NCBI GenBank assembly: GCA_964057225.1
Contig: OZ059896.1
Coordinates: 18,042,001-18,106,000, forward strand
DNA length: 64,000 nt
DNA from: Auanema rhodensis
Taxonomy: Eukaryota; Animalia; Nematoda
Reading direction: 5' to 3'
Shown piece by piece: positions 1 through 14,478 of this stretch. The translations under genes and the position numbers were made by a program. Every line of letters starts with the position of its first letter. Positions within the stretch are counted from its first letter, which is position 1. The notes under the pieces are model-generated. The model did no database searches and had not been told where the DNA came from. It saw nothing but the letters and a program-made list of their open reading frames with translations.

Positions 1-637
1 ACTTTCCTTCTACGGCTATCTTCCGTAGCTGGTGAGTCGGCGAAGATGCGACCGACACAGAAACGGAGTTGATACAGCGGCAGACAATAGAGAACAAGCG
101 AGAAACATACGGGTCGCAATGATAATGACCTTCTCTCACTTGTCCAGCCTTTCACTTCATTTCTTCATTAGGATTCTCGGGTTCATTTCTAGTCTCCCGC
201 AACTCCAGTGTTGCTGCTATCGTCATTATCAACGTCGTGATCACCATTGTCGTATGCTCTATAATCGCTCTATGTTTCATACATCATTTTCACAATTCAA
301 CCTGTTATCCATCAATTAAGAATGTTTTGTATCCAGTGGATATTGCCTCTAATTGACGCATTGTCTCTGGTGGTGTGCCAGATTGGTGGTTAGATGATTC
401 TCGATTAGTTCACTGATGGCTTCTCTCAATATTCTTGTTTTACATTATCTTTTATCATTATCTCCTGAATATTTATATATATATATATATATATACATAT
501 ATCGTGAAACGGCAATTTAGAAGTAATCTATGCGACGCTCCTAGTTTCTTTCTAATTAAAGAAATAAGAATGAATTATCCATTTCCATAAACTAGTCGAT
601 CCACTTTCTCTTTTTCTCGAGATTTATACTTTCTTTT

Positions 638-706
638 GGCCCCGCCTCGTACAGCCAATTTAAATACAGAATATGTGATTTCATACTCATTCTTAAATTT
701 TTCTAG
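638..706 (+). promoter_or_regulatory. sams proximal promoter/outron: GC-box, CCAAT, TATA-like element and trans-splice-type acceptor
   Basis: GGCCCCGCC (~638-646), CCAAT (655), TTTAAATA (~659), and TTTTCTAG acceptor ending at 706, 8 nt before the ATG. Confidence 0.45.
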
Positions 707-714
707 GGTCGGTC

Positions 715-2412
715 ATGGCTCGTAGCTCCTTCCTCTTCACCTCTGAATCCGTCTCAGAGGGACATCCTGACAAGATGTGCGATCAGGTTTGGTGTTAAAA
801 CAAATCCTCAATATATTTTGTTTTATTCTTCAGATTTCTGACGCTGTCTTGGATGCCCATTTGGCTCAGGATCCACATGCCAAGGTTGCTTGCGGTAAGT
901 TCTTGCGTTACAGTTAAATCTCACTTTTCTTTAATATTGTTCGAGTTATTACTGAAATTGTTTACAACCTTTTTGTTTTAACATTTGCTATTGATTTTTT
1001 TTAGAAACCGTAACCAAGACCGGTATGATCATGCTCTGCGGAGAAATTACCTCCAAAGCTGTTGTTGATTATCAAACTTTGGTCAGAAACGTCGTCAAGA
1101 AGATCGGATATGACGATTCTAGCAAGGGTTTGTTAAATATTTCAAAAATTCAACGTGAAAATTACTTTATCCTATTTATAGGATTTGATTACAAGACCTG
1201 CAATGTTCTTGTCGCCCTTGAGCAACAATCCCCAGAAATCGCTGCTGGAGTTCACGTTCAAAAGAACGAGGAAGATGTCGGAGCTGGAGATCAAGTAATT
1301 CAGCTATTTTTGTCTTTGCCAACTAAATCCAATTTTGCTTAGGGACTTATGTTCGGATATGCTTCTGATGAGACCGAAGAGGCCATGCCCCTCACCCTCA
1401 AGCTCGCTCACGATTTGAACGCCAAGCTTCACGAGCTCAGAAGAAACGGATCTCTCCCATGGGTCCGCCCAGATTCCAAATCTCAGGTAATAATTTTAAA
1501 TAGTTTGTATCTGTTTTTTTTTTCAAATTTTATTGAATTGTTCTTTAAAACCTATGTTTTGAAGGTCACTATCGAATACTTCTTCGACGGAGGAGCCTGT
1601 ATTCCACGTAGAGTTCACACCATCGTTATCTCCACCCAACACAGCCCAGATATCAGCCTTGATGACTTGAAGAAGGAGATCAAGGAGAAGGTAAAACCCA
1701 AACCTCTTTTGTTTTTAAAAATTTCGAATTTGTCAGGTTGTCGATGTTATCATCCCAGCTAACCTTTATGACTCTGAAACTGTCCTTCACATCAACCCAT
1801 GCGGTACCTTCATTGTTGGAGGACCTATGGGAGATGCTGGTCTTACTGGACGTAAGATCATCGTCGATACCTACGGAGGTTGGGGAGCACACGGTGGTGG
1901 AGCTTTCTCCGGAAAAGACCCCACTAAGGTAAAACATTCTATTAGTTTTGTTTTATAAATTTCTGTATATATAGGTCGATCGTTCTGCCGCTTATGCTGC
2001 TCGCTGGGTAGCCAAGTCTCTCGTCAAGGCTGGTCTTTGCCGTAGATGCTTAGTCCAAGTATCTTATGCTATTGGAGTTGCTGAGCCACTCTCTGTTATG
2101 GTTTTCGCTTTCGGATCATCAGCTTTGACTGCCACTGAACTTCTTGAGGTTGTTAACGATAACTTCGATCTCCGCCCAGGAATGATTATCAAGTAAGCAG
2201 AAGAAGTTTGAATGTTTATGTTTAACCTTTTACCTTTCAGGGATCTTGATCTCAAGAGACCTATCTATGAGAAGACCGCTGAGAACGGTCATTTCGGACA
2301 CAACGATTTCCCATGGGAAGTTCCACGTCCACTTAAGATCTCTCCTGCTATGGCTGAAAAAGCCAAGGGACCTGCTCTCGGTGTTGCTGCTGAGGGAGCC
2401 ATTGCTCACTAA
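715..2412 (+). CDS. sams-1: S-adenosylmethionine synthetase (methionine adenosyltransferase), multi-exon
   Basis: Spliced [27 protein letters not shown]|[20 protein letters not shown]|[18 protein letters not shown]...GAGDQG...[19 protein letters not shown]...AIAH*. Exon 1 715-786, exon 2 834-894, exon 3 from 1005; stop 2410-2412; AATAAA at 2513. Hallmark MAT motifs present. The C-terminal ...EKAKG...AIAH tail resembles C. elegans SAMS-1 as I recall it, so the paralogue assignment is from memory. Confidence 0.95.
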
Positions 2413-2598
2413 ACTGTTGATCAAATTTCTAATTTTCTTATAATATTCTTATCAAATTTGACCGGTAGAATTGTTGTAGTAGAGTTTTTCCGGCATGGTT
2501 ATGGTGGGAGTTAATAAATTTAATTTTTAATCAAAAGTTTTTATTTTTTCTGAAATTTTTACATACAAATGAGCAAATACAGGGGCGTTTTGGATAGA

Positions 2599-5500
2599 TT
2601 AGAAGGCAATGCTTGTTCTCCACAGGGCTCTGTCGCGATGATCTGATGAGGGTTCATGACTTGACATCCTATTAATTCTTCTTTCAGCCGGCCCTGATCT
2701 GATATAATCGGGGCGAGGCTCGATTACTGACTCTTGTCTCACCTGAAATAGACATTTTCATCTCCAATTATACCATACTAATCAATTATTTAATCAGATT
2801 CAGTATTTTCATATAGAATCTTCGCATCCTTTTGATCTTACTGACCTGCTGATCACGATTTCGAATTCGACGAGCTTCTTCTTCGAATAAGTTTGCTGTG
2901 TGTTTAACTGAAGATGCTGACTTATGATTTTCCTTTCCATCTTTAGAATTAGTCTGAGAATGTGTTGAAGATCGAACTTCTGTGTTCGAAGATGGCAAGC
3001 GAGGCTCAATTCCAAAATAGCACTCAGGCAGATTATCAATACGATCTTTATCTAAAATTTTTTATTAGATTTCGATGTTATTTATAAATTACATATAAAT
3101 GGTTTTATTGATTTTGATTTTTTTTCAAACGAGCAAACTAAAAATGAATTAATGAAGATGTTCAATGATAGGATTACATATTTTGATTAAGATGTTAGTG
3201 TTGGTTTTTTAATTTTTCAATATTTGCTTTGATAATGAAGTATATCGGTGTCTCAAAGACACTGATACTTGCACGTATTCATAAAAGAACATAAGAAACT
3301 TTTCATGATTGATGATTGTAGGTATCTTCTGCAAGATAATTTCAATCAGTAGATTACTTAAGAGATTTTTATAAAAAAGTTGAACTATTCGAACTTCGTT
3401 TAAAGTAAAGAGGTCGATCATGTTTCCCACGTGTACGTTCACGTGAACATTTCCCGCCAACTTATGGTTTTATGTTGTTCTTATCTTTCTTTTTTTCTTG
3501 TGATATTGTATCTTTCACTGGTTCAACACTTTCTAGTTTTTTGTCTGCCGTACGTGATGACATAATAAAAATTTTTGGAATACTTACTGGTTTTTTCTGA
3601 TCGTAGACGATCTTCTTCTTCTGTAACCCAACTGAAATCAATTTCGCTTTGATCACAACGAAACTGTGAAGTGCCCATTGATGTTCGAGATCCAAATGAA
3701 GATTGGTCTCTGCAAATGAAAACAAAAAAATAACAGAAAATGGGATGACAAGATGTTGCACCTTTGATGAATGATTGGTTGAGCATAGGTTGTTGAATTG
3801 TCCAAGTTTTTGGTTTTTGAACTTTCTTCCCGAGTTATTTCAGAATGTTCTGAGCGCTCTACTTTAACAACGATGTTATGAACATTTTCCTTAAAAGGAA
3901 ATTTTCAGGCTTCGGATTAGGTTTTGACAACATACTCTGGATTCTTTAGAATTACTCTTAGGTGTACTCATATAGAGAGGCGCTTGCATATTCTGGATAG
4001 GGCTGTGAATTTCTAAAAAGAGTGTGAAAAATAATTTTCGATAATTTTCTATGTTATCTTACGTGATTTTTCATAATTTTTGTTGTTATTGTTGTTCTTT
4101 TCGGCTTCCGAAGAACTGATTGTAGTCTTCTCATGACTGCTACCGAAGCTATTCCACTGCTCAACTGTTCTTCCTTCAGATGAAGAAGTTACAGGTGATG
4201 ATGATGTTAACGATCCATTACCACGAGGAGCTCGTACACATGTACTGTTGCTACTGAAATTAAAAATAAAAGTTAGGAAAAACAGAAAATTCAGATGCTT
4301 TTTATGACAAAAAATTTTTTTTAGAGGTTGTGTCTTTGATAACAACGAGTTATAGGAAGATTCTTACCTTACAGTACTTTTGTTCGTTGTCTCCGTTCTT
4401 CGATTAGGATGAGCTTTTCTCCATTCATCTCTAAGTCTCATTTCAGCCATATCTAATTGTGCTCTAAAATTATCAACAATTAGTTATATTTACTGATTAT
4501 AATAGTTTTATGATTTGTTGTTTTTCTATATTTTCTATTTTTCATTTCCCTCAAATGGATCTGATGAATATTATCCTAAACTGAATAGTACCTCAACTAG
4601 ATTGTATGTATTTTGAAATGAAATAGTTGAATGATAAAATGAGTAATAGAAAGAGAGAGAGAGAGAGAGAGTAATAGAAGGAGAGAGAGAGAGAGGGGGG
4701 GAGGGGAAGTAAGTCAGTAACATTGACTAGCTAGGATCAGAAAGTAGGTTGTTTGGTGGACGGCTATTCAGAATACGTTTTATCCACTCATGGTCAAAAC
4801 ATATTGCCCAACTTAATAGGCAATTGTAATTCAATTATTCTTTGAATACACTTCAATCTGATTTTAATCATCAATTCTGTACTAGATGTGATGTGAGTAA
4901 ACCAACACATGCATATAACACAGTTGTCCTACTAACTATATACTATATAATTATAATTATATATGTTAAAAATAATTTTATATTTAGTTTTAAAACTAGT
5001 TTTTTGCTTGACCATTGATCATAGTCGTGTTACAAATTATTTTTCAATTGCGTATATGATATCAAATGCAAAAGCTTTGTGATAATACTCAGTCTGCTGG
5101 GTGCGGGGAATGCTTTCACTGTTTTTACTGTTTCATGAAGATATGCGATAGTTGATTACTACCGATCATCTGATCACCTAAACTGACTAATTCAAAGAGA
5201 TGGTGAACTGATATAACATGATTATTGTAGGTGATAAACTTATCAACAGCAATAATCCTTGTAACATTATTCAAGTAGCTGATTGAATGAAACATTGAAC
5301 TATGTCCTACTGTGCTCTGAACTATTGTCCCTTAAAACATTCAACACAAATGATGATAATAGATGCAATATTCAATAGAATAGTCTTTTTGATAGTAAAA
5401 AGGTTGGAACTGAAAGAACATTCATAATTAATTCACAGATTTCAGCTCTATTATCAATAGATAAATCTGCAAAATGAAACTTTAAAAGGTTTAGACAAAA

Positions 5501-8500
5501 GATTGTAAAGATTAAGATAATAAAGCTATTATTACCATTATTGTTTCATATAACCTCTAGCTGATCTGATCATCATTGATTGAGATATCAAGTATTCATA
5601 AAATAATTTTAAAATCAAAAGGGAAAAAGAAATACCAATTGCGGGACAGTATGCACAGGGTTACTTTCAACAATTACTTTTCCCCTCTTCTCAAACAAGA
5701 GAAAATCCTTATTCGTATAGATGAGATTCCATTTTCTTTTTCTTTCTCGATATATTTGTTATTTTATAATTAAAAATGTCCTTGAACAATATTTACTTTA
5801 GTTCATTTATAAAATAATATTAAAAGTATATTTATACTTTAAATTCTTCCTTTTTAAACTTTTTTTTAACAAATTTTAGTTTTAGTCATCACCCTTAAGC
5901 ATCAAATAATTAAACAAATGAAGTTCATATTTCTCTTATCAAACTGAAAGAGAAACAATTTGTATTTTGTTGAAAAGAAGAAGAATAAGAAGAAATGACT
6001 AAATGAATAGAAAGATATCATTCACAAAGGAGAGATAATGATATCTTAAAGCTAATAGGTGATATTCCTGTCTCATAATATGATCACTAAATGCTAGTTG
6101 TTCAGTTTTAAAAGAGTGGGGGACTCGCAAGAGAGTGGGCAAAGAGGGATGCCTGACTGTGTTGTTTAACGTTGTTGAAGTTTCAATCATGAGATGTTTT
6201 GGTATTAAAGACGCCAATTAGATAGATTTGTATGTGCTATCAAAGAAGTTTCAAACAAGAAGTATAAAGATGAATGAAAAACCTTAATAGGTGATATGAA
6301 GAAACATCTGGAAAACTGAAAGTTTTTTCAGCTATTTGGTGCATTCCTGTCAACGTATTTGACCACAAATAGCTTTAGCTATTGGAGAGATAATAAGCGT
6401 ATCAAAGATAAAATTCAGATACTTATAGGATCGAAGAATTTCATTCAGAATTTTCAATGTTTTGTCCTTTGTTTTTGTTTTTTTTTATAAAAATAAAAAT
6501 AATCTGTTAATCAAATTAAGATAAATGACAGACCAAATAATTGAAAAAATAAGTTTTTCAAGTTTCTTTAGACTATAACCATATACGTTTTGTTTTGAAG
6601 AGAAGGCAATCAAATAGCTGATCGTTTACATATTTTTGAAAGTTTCAAAATGAATAGAAATGAATGTAAAAGGCAATTTAGTGAAATGAATTAATAGTTT
6701 GAAATGTTTCAGTTTTGACATGATCAAGGACAGTATTTATGCATAATTTACATTACTGTAACTATATGTTGAATTTTCCTTCAGATCAATAATCTATTGA
6801 AAAATTTATAATATATGTATGTAAGAATTGTTTAAGATTGCTTTGTTTAGACATTAAAAGGATGAGTAGCTAAAGGTTGTTTAAAGTTTTATGACCAATA
6901 TACTAAGAAAATGGTTTTAAAACTATATGTATTGTAATTTCAATAGAATTACCTCCGGATGATGAAATACGTTTAGTCATAAAAGACTTTTATCTTCTTT
7001 AAATCTTTTTTTTTTCTTCGCAAGTCAAGGATATAATAGGTGTAAAGGTATAGGAATAACAAAGACTCAGAGAATTATAACATAAGAAATCGAAATATTA
7101 TCGATACTATGTGAAAACAAAGAAAATAGTATAATGTATACTATACGTTAGTTAAATCATGTTATACTGATTACTATACATTTTTATTTCTTAACTATAC
7201 TGTAGATGAGAAATGCTTGACATTACTGTCTGTTATGTTAGCCAAACATAAAAAAATTATTTGTTTGTTTTGCAAAACATGCAGAATAATTAGATGAAAG
7301 ACAAATATATTTGTAACTCTCTAACACTAACTAGTTAACTATATGTATAGATTGTGCCATTCTTTTTATCTTATGTAATCCATATAACAATAGATATGAA
7401 TATATAGAGATGGCACATCCACAGGTTGATAGGTCATCTAGTCAATCCCTCCTTTCCTACCCCTCAACCCTGTTCTTTACACATTTGGCATTTGTCATAT
7501 TTCTGAGGTTTTTATGTGCTGCTTGTCCCTCTACTTCATCTCTTGTTTCTTGGAAAATCTCTGACTAGATGGTGATGATGGCTATGTATAAGTTTCTTTG
7601 TTCTTTGTGAGAAAACCATTATTAATGGCTACATACATAGTATTAAAATAGTAAGATTAAGATGAATAAAGAGTGTGAGAGATAAAAATGGAGAGAATTA
7701 TAGTTCAAACGAGAGATCTAAGGTATGTGAGAGAGAAAGGTCAACCTTCAAATACCATTTGAAGATCCAAATAGCCGTAAATGCCAGTATGTATGCCTTA
7801 TAGGTCGATTGATGCAACCTGGACATCGGTTTGATTTGATCTAACTATGTATGCATTTGTATTTTGAATATACGTTCTTGATGAGAATTCTTCATTCGTC
7901 ACAGAAAATATATCAGAGAAAATGGCTGAAACATTCAAAAATATATATTTAGTCTAAGGACTATGTGTGAGATAACCCCTTTCTCAATTCATACTTCATT
8001 CTCCGAAATATATAGATCTGACGGTCAAACATATTGATTTCTAAAGGAAAGATGATGCTAAGGATGATAATATTGATGACTTTGTTGATGATGATGATGA
8101 TGATGATGAAGAAGATGAAGAAGATGATAATGGTGTTGATATTTCAGAAACTTTTTAAGATTTCCGTGTTATTTCTTTCATCGTATAACAAAGACTATAG
8201 CCAATGCCTGAGGCGTGCTCGAGCATTTTCATAGGCTTTGAGATTGCTTCAGACAACTGAAGTCGTCATTTCATTTTATTGTCTTCCGTATTGTTCGCTT
8301 CTGCCGAATAAGAGCATACAAAACGTATTGAAATCCAACTGTTGGTTTGAAATTGAAATCCGATAAGAATGTACTCTTCAATTCATTCAGTCTATGGAAA
8401 TGCGCAATACATAGTCAATATGACTGTTCTTTGACTTGAACGGTCATTAGAAGAAGTAATATAAACGATTTATGCTGTTGCTTTGATCGTTGGTTCAACC

Positions 8501-11500
8501 TATCTCTTCTAGACATTCACACATGATGTTAAAGACGGTGCGCATAGAACGATGAGAGATGGACGAGCCCCTTCAGAAGGAAGACGATCTGCGATGAGAA
8601 GGAAGCTGGAGAGAGATAGTAACTGACTGAAGCGGTGAATGAGAGAAAGGGAGTAGCCGCGAGGTCTCGCACAAGAAGTTGAACCAATATGAGAAACGAT
8701 TCTATTCATTTGCTTAGGAGTAGAAGAAAACGAAGAAGATGGTAGGCTGAGGCCAGCGACCGGATACGATTTAGACCCATCGCTCCTTCACCAACACAGA
8801 TTGCTAAGATTGTTTGCTTCTGCTCATAACTTGACATTTCTTCACACCCTCAAACTCATAGATCGAAAGAGCATAACTCATTAAGCTAATGATTCATATA
8901 AGCAGTTCGAGCAAACTCCAAGCATAGTCTTGTTTTTGTCGCATCTCTCTTCTCAACAGACTAATTATCTTTCAATCAAAATTTAATCAGCTTCTCTTAA
9001 GCACTTTTATACAGCAGAAGCGCTGCTATAGGAGATGAGTCGCAAACAACGATTAAGAAACTTTAATACGCTTCTACTAGTCTATCATCTTAGCATGTTG
9101 TTTCGTGAGTCTTCTCAACTTTATAAATCTATATTTACGATCTTGTTTTCTCATTCATCGTTATTATATTCATCCTTTTCATCAATGGAATCGTTTTTTC
9201 CTTCTCAATGTAGGATTCACTTTCATTTTTTTTCATCTTTTATATTGCATGTAATAGTTGAAATTATTGCTGCATGATCACTAACGAGGAGAATGATGTA
9301 TCCGTATCTAGTATGGGATGTTGGACCAGAATTTTGAGTTAATCATCATATCAATATATTCATGATGTCGGAATTTCCTTTACAATGACTTTACTATACC
9401 ATATGAAAATAAGATTATACATATACATATATGGTTTTGAACGTAGAATATTGTCTATGACCTTGTCTGACACTGGATGGATAGCGCCAATGAGATTGAC
9501 AACGATGACGGCGACAACCAGGACATCATGACCACGATAATGTAGATGAAAACGATTATCCGCCGTATGTTGTAGACGGCACATAAGCTGTAGTCTGGCG
9601 GAGTTCTAGATGTGTCGCTGTCCCTCCTTCAATCTCTTTACCGTCTTAGCCAGTCAGCAAGATGTCAAAGAAACATGATCTACGCAACTGGTTCGTCGGC
9701 TTTGGTACTCGCTTTCGGAAGACATGTAGGAAGAGAGAGAGAGGAAGTGTTATGGTAAAATAATAGATGCTTAGAGAATAGGTGAAACATGCATGAACAG
9801 AGGAAGAACTTGGTTTTCGTCTTCTTCTTCTTTCATTTTTTTGTGTATATCTTGTCTCTTAGTTGCATCTGCCATAAGATTGTTGAAAGTGAAAGAAATT
9901 GTAGAAAGAATGTGATGATGATAGCTGACAAAACAATTATGTTTATATGAATGAATTGAATATAAAGATATACAACATGTAAAATCTGATGATGATGATT
10001 ATTGTCAATACACTAATCGAATCATAATTCAAAAGTATGTTTAATCCAATATATATCGTTTGTCTATAATAAGAATCTTAACGAATCTTTGAGGTATTTC
10101 TTGAATATGCTTCTACACATCTAAGCAGCCAGCGTTTCTTTTAAGAACATAATGCTTCGGATGGATCTCTATATAGTCATCATCCCGCAACAACCTGCCG
10201 AAAGCATTTTACAATTCTATGTTTCAATGCGGAATAGAGTTCAAAAACTAGTTCCAGCCTCATCTTGAGTATTATGCTCTCATTCTTATCTTCCTTTGTA
10301 AGCTTAGACCAAAATTTACTAGTTCAGTAACAAAGCATTTGGGTGATGAGCTGCATGTTGACGGTATATTTTGATTCAAAACAAGATATACATACTATTG
10401 TGGATTAAATCTACACTTGTATACAATCTGAAGTTATTGAAGATATTGAGAAGAAGGATATATGTATTGAAGTTTCTAAATGAATCTTTCGAGATACTAC
10501 TGATGACGGAGAAGTTGATATGACATACATGTCTGCAATATCTTCATCTAACTCAAGCCGGAGTTTGACATATGAGCAACGTCAACAATGCTTGTGTGAC
10601 TGTCAGATATTCTTCCATTTTACGTTTCTTAATCATCACATTCATCATCATCATCTGACCCTATGAACTTCGCAGCATGTTTGCTTGCTTTCTTGACTTC
10701 TAAATCCGGAAAATGCTGAGGAAATAAGAGCCATAAACGGAAAAGAAATGAAATTCAGTTGTCAATCATGATTCAGCTATATCAAAGCATTAGCTTCAAA
10801 TTTTCAAATAAATGTCAGTTTTGATCAAAAAAAAGTAGAACATAAGACCTGTTTCACTAAAATTCAGTTGATCCTCCTTTTTTTAAATTTTCAAATAGTT
10901 TTTGTTCTTATAAAAATGAATCGATATCATTGACTATAAAAGAAATAAATGTCATTTAGGAATTGTCGTGAAGGAGATGAATGAATGACCAAAAAAAGCC
11001 AAAGGTACAACTCTATTAGAACAGTCATTCGTTTTCCCTTTTAAGTTTTTAATTTGTTAGGGCAAGCATTCTATTAGACATTGAGTGACCAGAAATGAGT
11101 AAGAAGGTGAAGATTGAGATAGGTATATAGATATTAAGAGATGGAAAGACATTAAGAAAGACAGAGAGTGTGAGCATAATGAGGAGAGCATGAGAGAAGA
11201 GAGGTAAGTAGTGAGAAAGATGATGAGAGACTAGGACGAAGATATAAATCGATTGAAGAATATTGTTAATGTCAAGGCTAAATAAAGGAAATAATAACTG
11301 TAAATGAAAGTGTCTTTAACCATTTCCCTCCATAATTATATAATTTATAATTAATTTCAATTAAAATAATATTTCGCCTTCCTTTCTTCTAGTCTTTTAT
11401 GAGAAAAAAAGCCGAAAAAAAAAGTAAAATACCACATACCTCTGAAGATCATCATATGACATGGCTCTTGCATATGGATACATTGGTGCAGGTGGCTGAT

Positions 11501-12230
11501 GCTGAAGAATTGGAGGTCCAACAACAACTCGGCCTCCATATGCGTGACCACGAGCAGCTAATTTCTGAATGACATTTCGGATTATCCACTTTTTCCCCTT
11601 TCACTAGGTCACCTTCATTAGCTTCTCGTGTTTTTTTTGCATTTTTTCCAATTTTTTTAGCGTCTTCGTGTCCGGCACTGGTGGTGGAGCAGGAGCCATA
11701 GGAACCTGATTTAAGCTTATGCGCGAGCCGTACAGTCGGCTGTTACGATGAGCAGCTTCAGCCATTGTGCCGCCTGGACTTGTTAGATATCCAGAATCAT
11801 GTAGAGACACCATAGATCGATGAAAATGGGGAACGTATGGCTCAACATATGCACCAGGGGTACCGTTCAAGCCACGCTTTCCATCATATGGAACTGCAAA
11901 AAAAAGACAATTTAAACAGAGAATTTGTATAGGCACTGAAAGGGAGACAAGGTGGGGAGAGCCAAGGTGAAGGGTGAAGGTCTGAAGTTCAGCAGAGAGA
12001 TGGCGTTAAGCCGACCCAAAACTCAACAAACGGAAATAGTTTTTTACAAAAGTTTTTTGTATATGATATCTATAAAATTGAGGATTGTATCAAGGACACT
12101 AACACTAGCATATACTTTTGATGAAATTTGAGGAGAAAGAAATCAAATTGAAAACAAATAAATACGAACCTGAATATGGCGGGTGATGATTCCAATATGG
12201 ATAACTGTGTGACGACGATTTATTTCCCAT
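2599..12230 (-). CDS. Uncharacterised, probably N-myristoylated, low-complexity protein; multi-exon with a ~7 kb intron
   Basis: Exons 12230-12170 (MGNKSSSHSYPYWNHHPPYS), 11893-11613 (VPYDGKRG...KKHEKLMK), 11564-11440 (KLAARGH...RAMSYDDLQR), then a phase-compatible join to 4463-4368 (AQLDMAEMRLRDEWRKAHPNRR...). Further short-intron exons follow to ...VRQESVIEPRPDY...WRTSIAF* (stop 2599-2601). Joining the two exon groups into one gene is inference. Confidence 0.6.
8086..8128. repeat. (GAT)n/(GAA)n trinucleotide tract
   Basis: TGATGATGATGATGATGATGATGAAGAAGATGAAGAAGATGAT. Confidence 0.75.
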
Positions 12231-13286
12231 AATAAAGAATTTGTTATTCGAATAGGAAGTATAATAGTAGCTTGAATAAGTAGCTAATAGATAGAAGCAC
12301 AATTCATTTGATTTTTTCACAAATTTTTCATAGAAATATCAGAAAATTAGACCTAAAAGTGTACATGGTGAAGACAGAAAAATCATTAAAAACGACGAAA
12401 AAAATTTTGTTTAAAAGCGAAATAGAAGAACATCTCAAGTGAAATACATTTAAAGAAATAAAGAGCGTTAATACATGGTCATCCAAATGATATACTAATA
12501 CCAGAAACAATTTTTTTGATCCAAAGATTCCTCCGGTTAGCGATTGACAATCCGAGAGGTGTATACAGCGGGGCGATCAAAAAATAAAAAAAGAACGAAT
12601 GGATGAATGATGAAGAAAAAGGAAGAGAAAGAGAGAGAAAAAAGAAAAAGAAGGGAGGGACGAAGGAGGGACGAAGGAGGGAAAATATGAGAAACCATCT
12701 TATTCTCTCCCTCTCAACCCCCCCCCCCCCTCTCTCTCTCTCTCTCTTGCTTTCTTACTGTTTTTTCTCTCTCTTAGTCGTCATGATGTGTGGGACCCCA
12801 GGTTGAATCGAACAGAAGGTGGTGGAGAGGGGGAAGGGGCGATGACGACGGAGTGCTACTGGCCACGCCTCTTTTTATTCACACAAGGCCACAACCATCA
12901 TCATCGTCATCATCATCAGCACTGCAGGCCTAGCTACTATGCTTGTTAGCTTGATGTAAGCATAAGACGTTGCCATAATTAGCCGACAAAAATTTTTTAA
13001 TATTTTTGACTGACGAAGCGAAAGGGCATCACGATTCACTGTCCACGATAATTACAAGGAGATGCGAAAAGTAATGGCTATTTCGGATTTTTTCTTAGAT
13101 TTTTACAATTATGTAGATTTGACTAAGACTATAAAGATGAGATCTTTTCCTCATTTTATCGTTTTAGATGAAAACCTAAAACTGAAGAATAAATTTATTA
13201 AAAGAAATATGTTGAGCTAATGTTAGCTGTTCTTCTGCTAAGATCTGTGTATTGGTTTGACGAAGGACAGTGACCAGAGAGAACAA

Positions 13287-13299
13287 GAGAGAGACAGAC

Positions 13300-13337
<38 letters not shown>
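13287..13337. repeat. (GA)n microsatellite
   Basis: GA/GACA run. Confidence 0.85.
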
Positions 13338-13340
<3 letters not shown>

Positions 13341-14478
13341 ATCCAGAAAAGTAAGTAAGCAAAAGACCAGAGATTGATGAAAGATAGTAGGCGAAGAAGA
13401 AAATCTCAAAGTATCATCTACTAACTACTATATCTGTATATCTCAACTCTCACTCTCTTCATTTTTTCCTACTATTCTACAGCCTGGATCTCTCTTTCTT
13501 TCTTTTTCTATTCTTATCGCCATTTGTTCTATTTTCATGATCTGACGACATCTTCCTGAACGTTATTACCATTAGAAGTCCACAAAAAGATGGTGTGGTA
13601 TTGTGCCATCTAGATAGGCATCTAATGAATGAAATTCATGAAAGCTAAGGAAACGGTGTTGCTGACAAACGGAATAGCCGTTTTCTGGTTCATCCCGTTT
13701 CACAGCAAACATACCTGAGTAGATGGCTAAGAAGATAACAATTTTTAATATTTGGAAGACCGGAACAAAACATATGTTTAATCTAAGAATGGTCAAGCGG
13801 TTTTTATAGAAATAACGATGAAAATCAGAAATACGAGGAAAAAGAAGGTGAAACTTTAAAATGCACAAGCTTCATGTCTATATTCCAAATGAAAATTCAG
13901 TAGCTTCATCATTATTATCTCACCTTAAACTAGGAAAACTTGGACACAATGTTTGTAAATAAGCTTTAGAGCTAAGGATTGGTAAATACAGGGAAGAGAA
14001 ACAAGCTGATTGACATTTTTATATAAAAATGCATTACATACATTACAAAAGCCGGTTGGATACAAGAAAAGGATAGATCGTGAATGTTACAATAACCATC
14101 ATATATGAATTTTAATGAGGAATAGGCATTCGATGCGTTTAAAATACTAAAAATGCCTAAAAGACATTAAAAGAAACTTTGACAAAAAAAGAAATCAACT
14201 AACTAACGACAACACTATTACACTTCACAGAAAGAAGTTGGAATGAGAATGATTAATACTAGTTATAATGAAACAAATATTTTCTTTCATTGTCATATGG
14301 AACTTAAAGAAATTATTAAAACGACCATATAATGGTCCAAGTAATAATTATATGTTTTAACATATAGTATGCAATCCTGAAGAATACATTGGTCAAACTG
14401 TAGGAATAATATATAATTAAAAGAAAAAACATAGGATTGGTAATTTTTAGTAAAGTAATTAGCCTGTTGATTAACAAC

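Noticed and set aside
32-319. 95-aa ORF upstream of sams
   Set aside because: No recognisable motif, non-ATG start, no supporting splice structure
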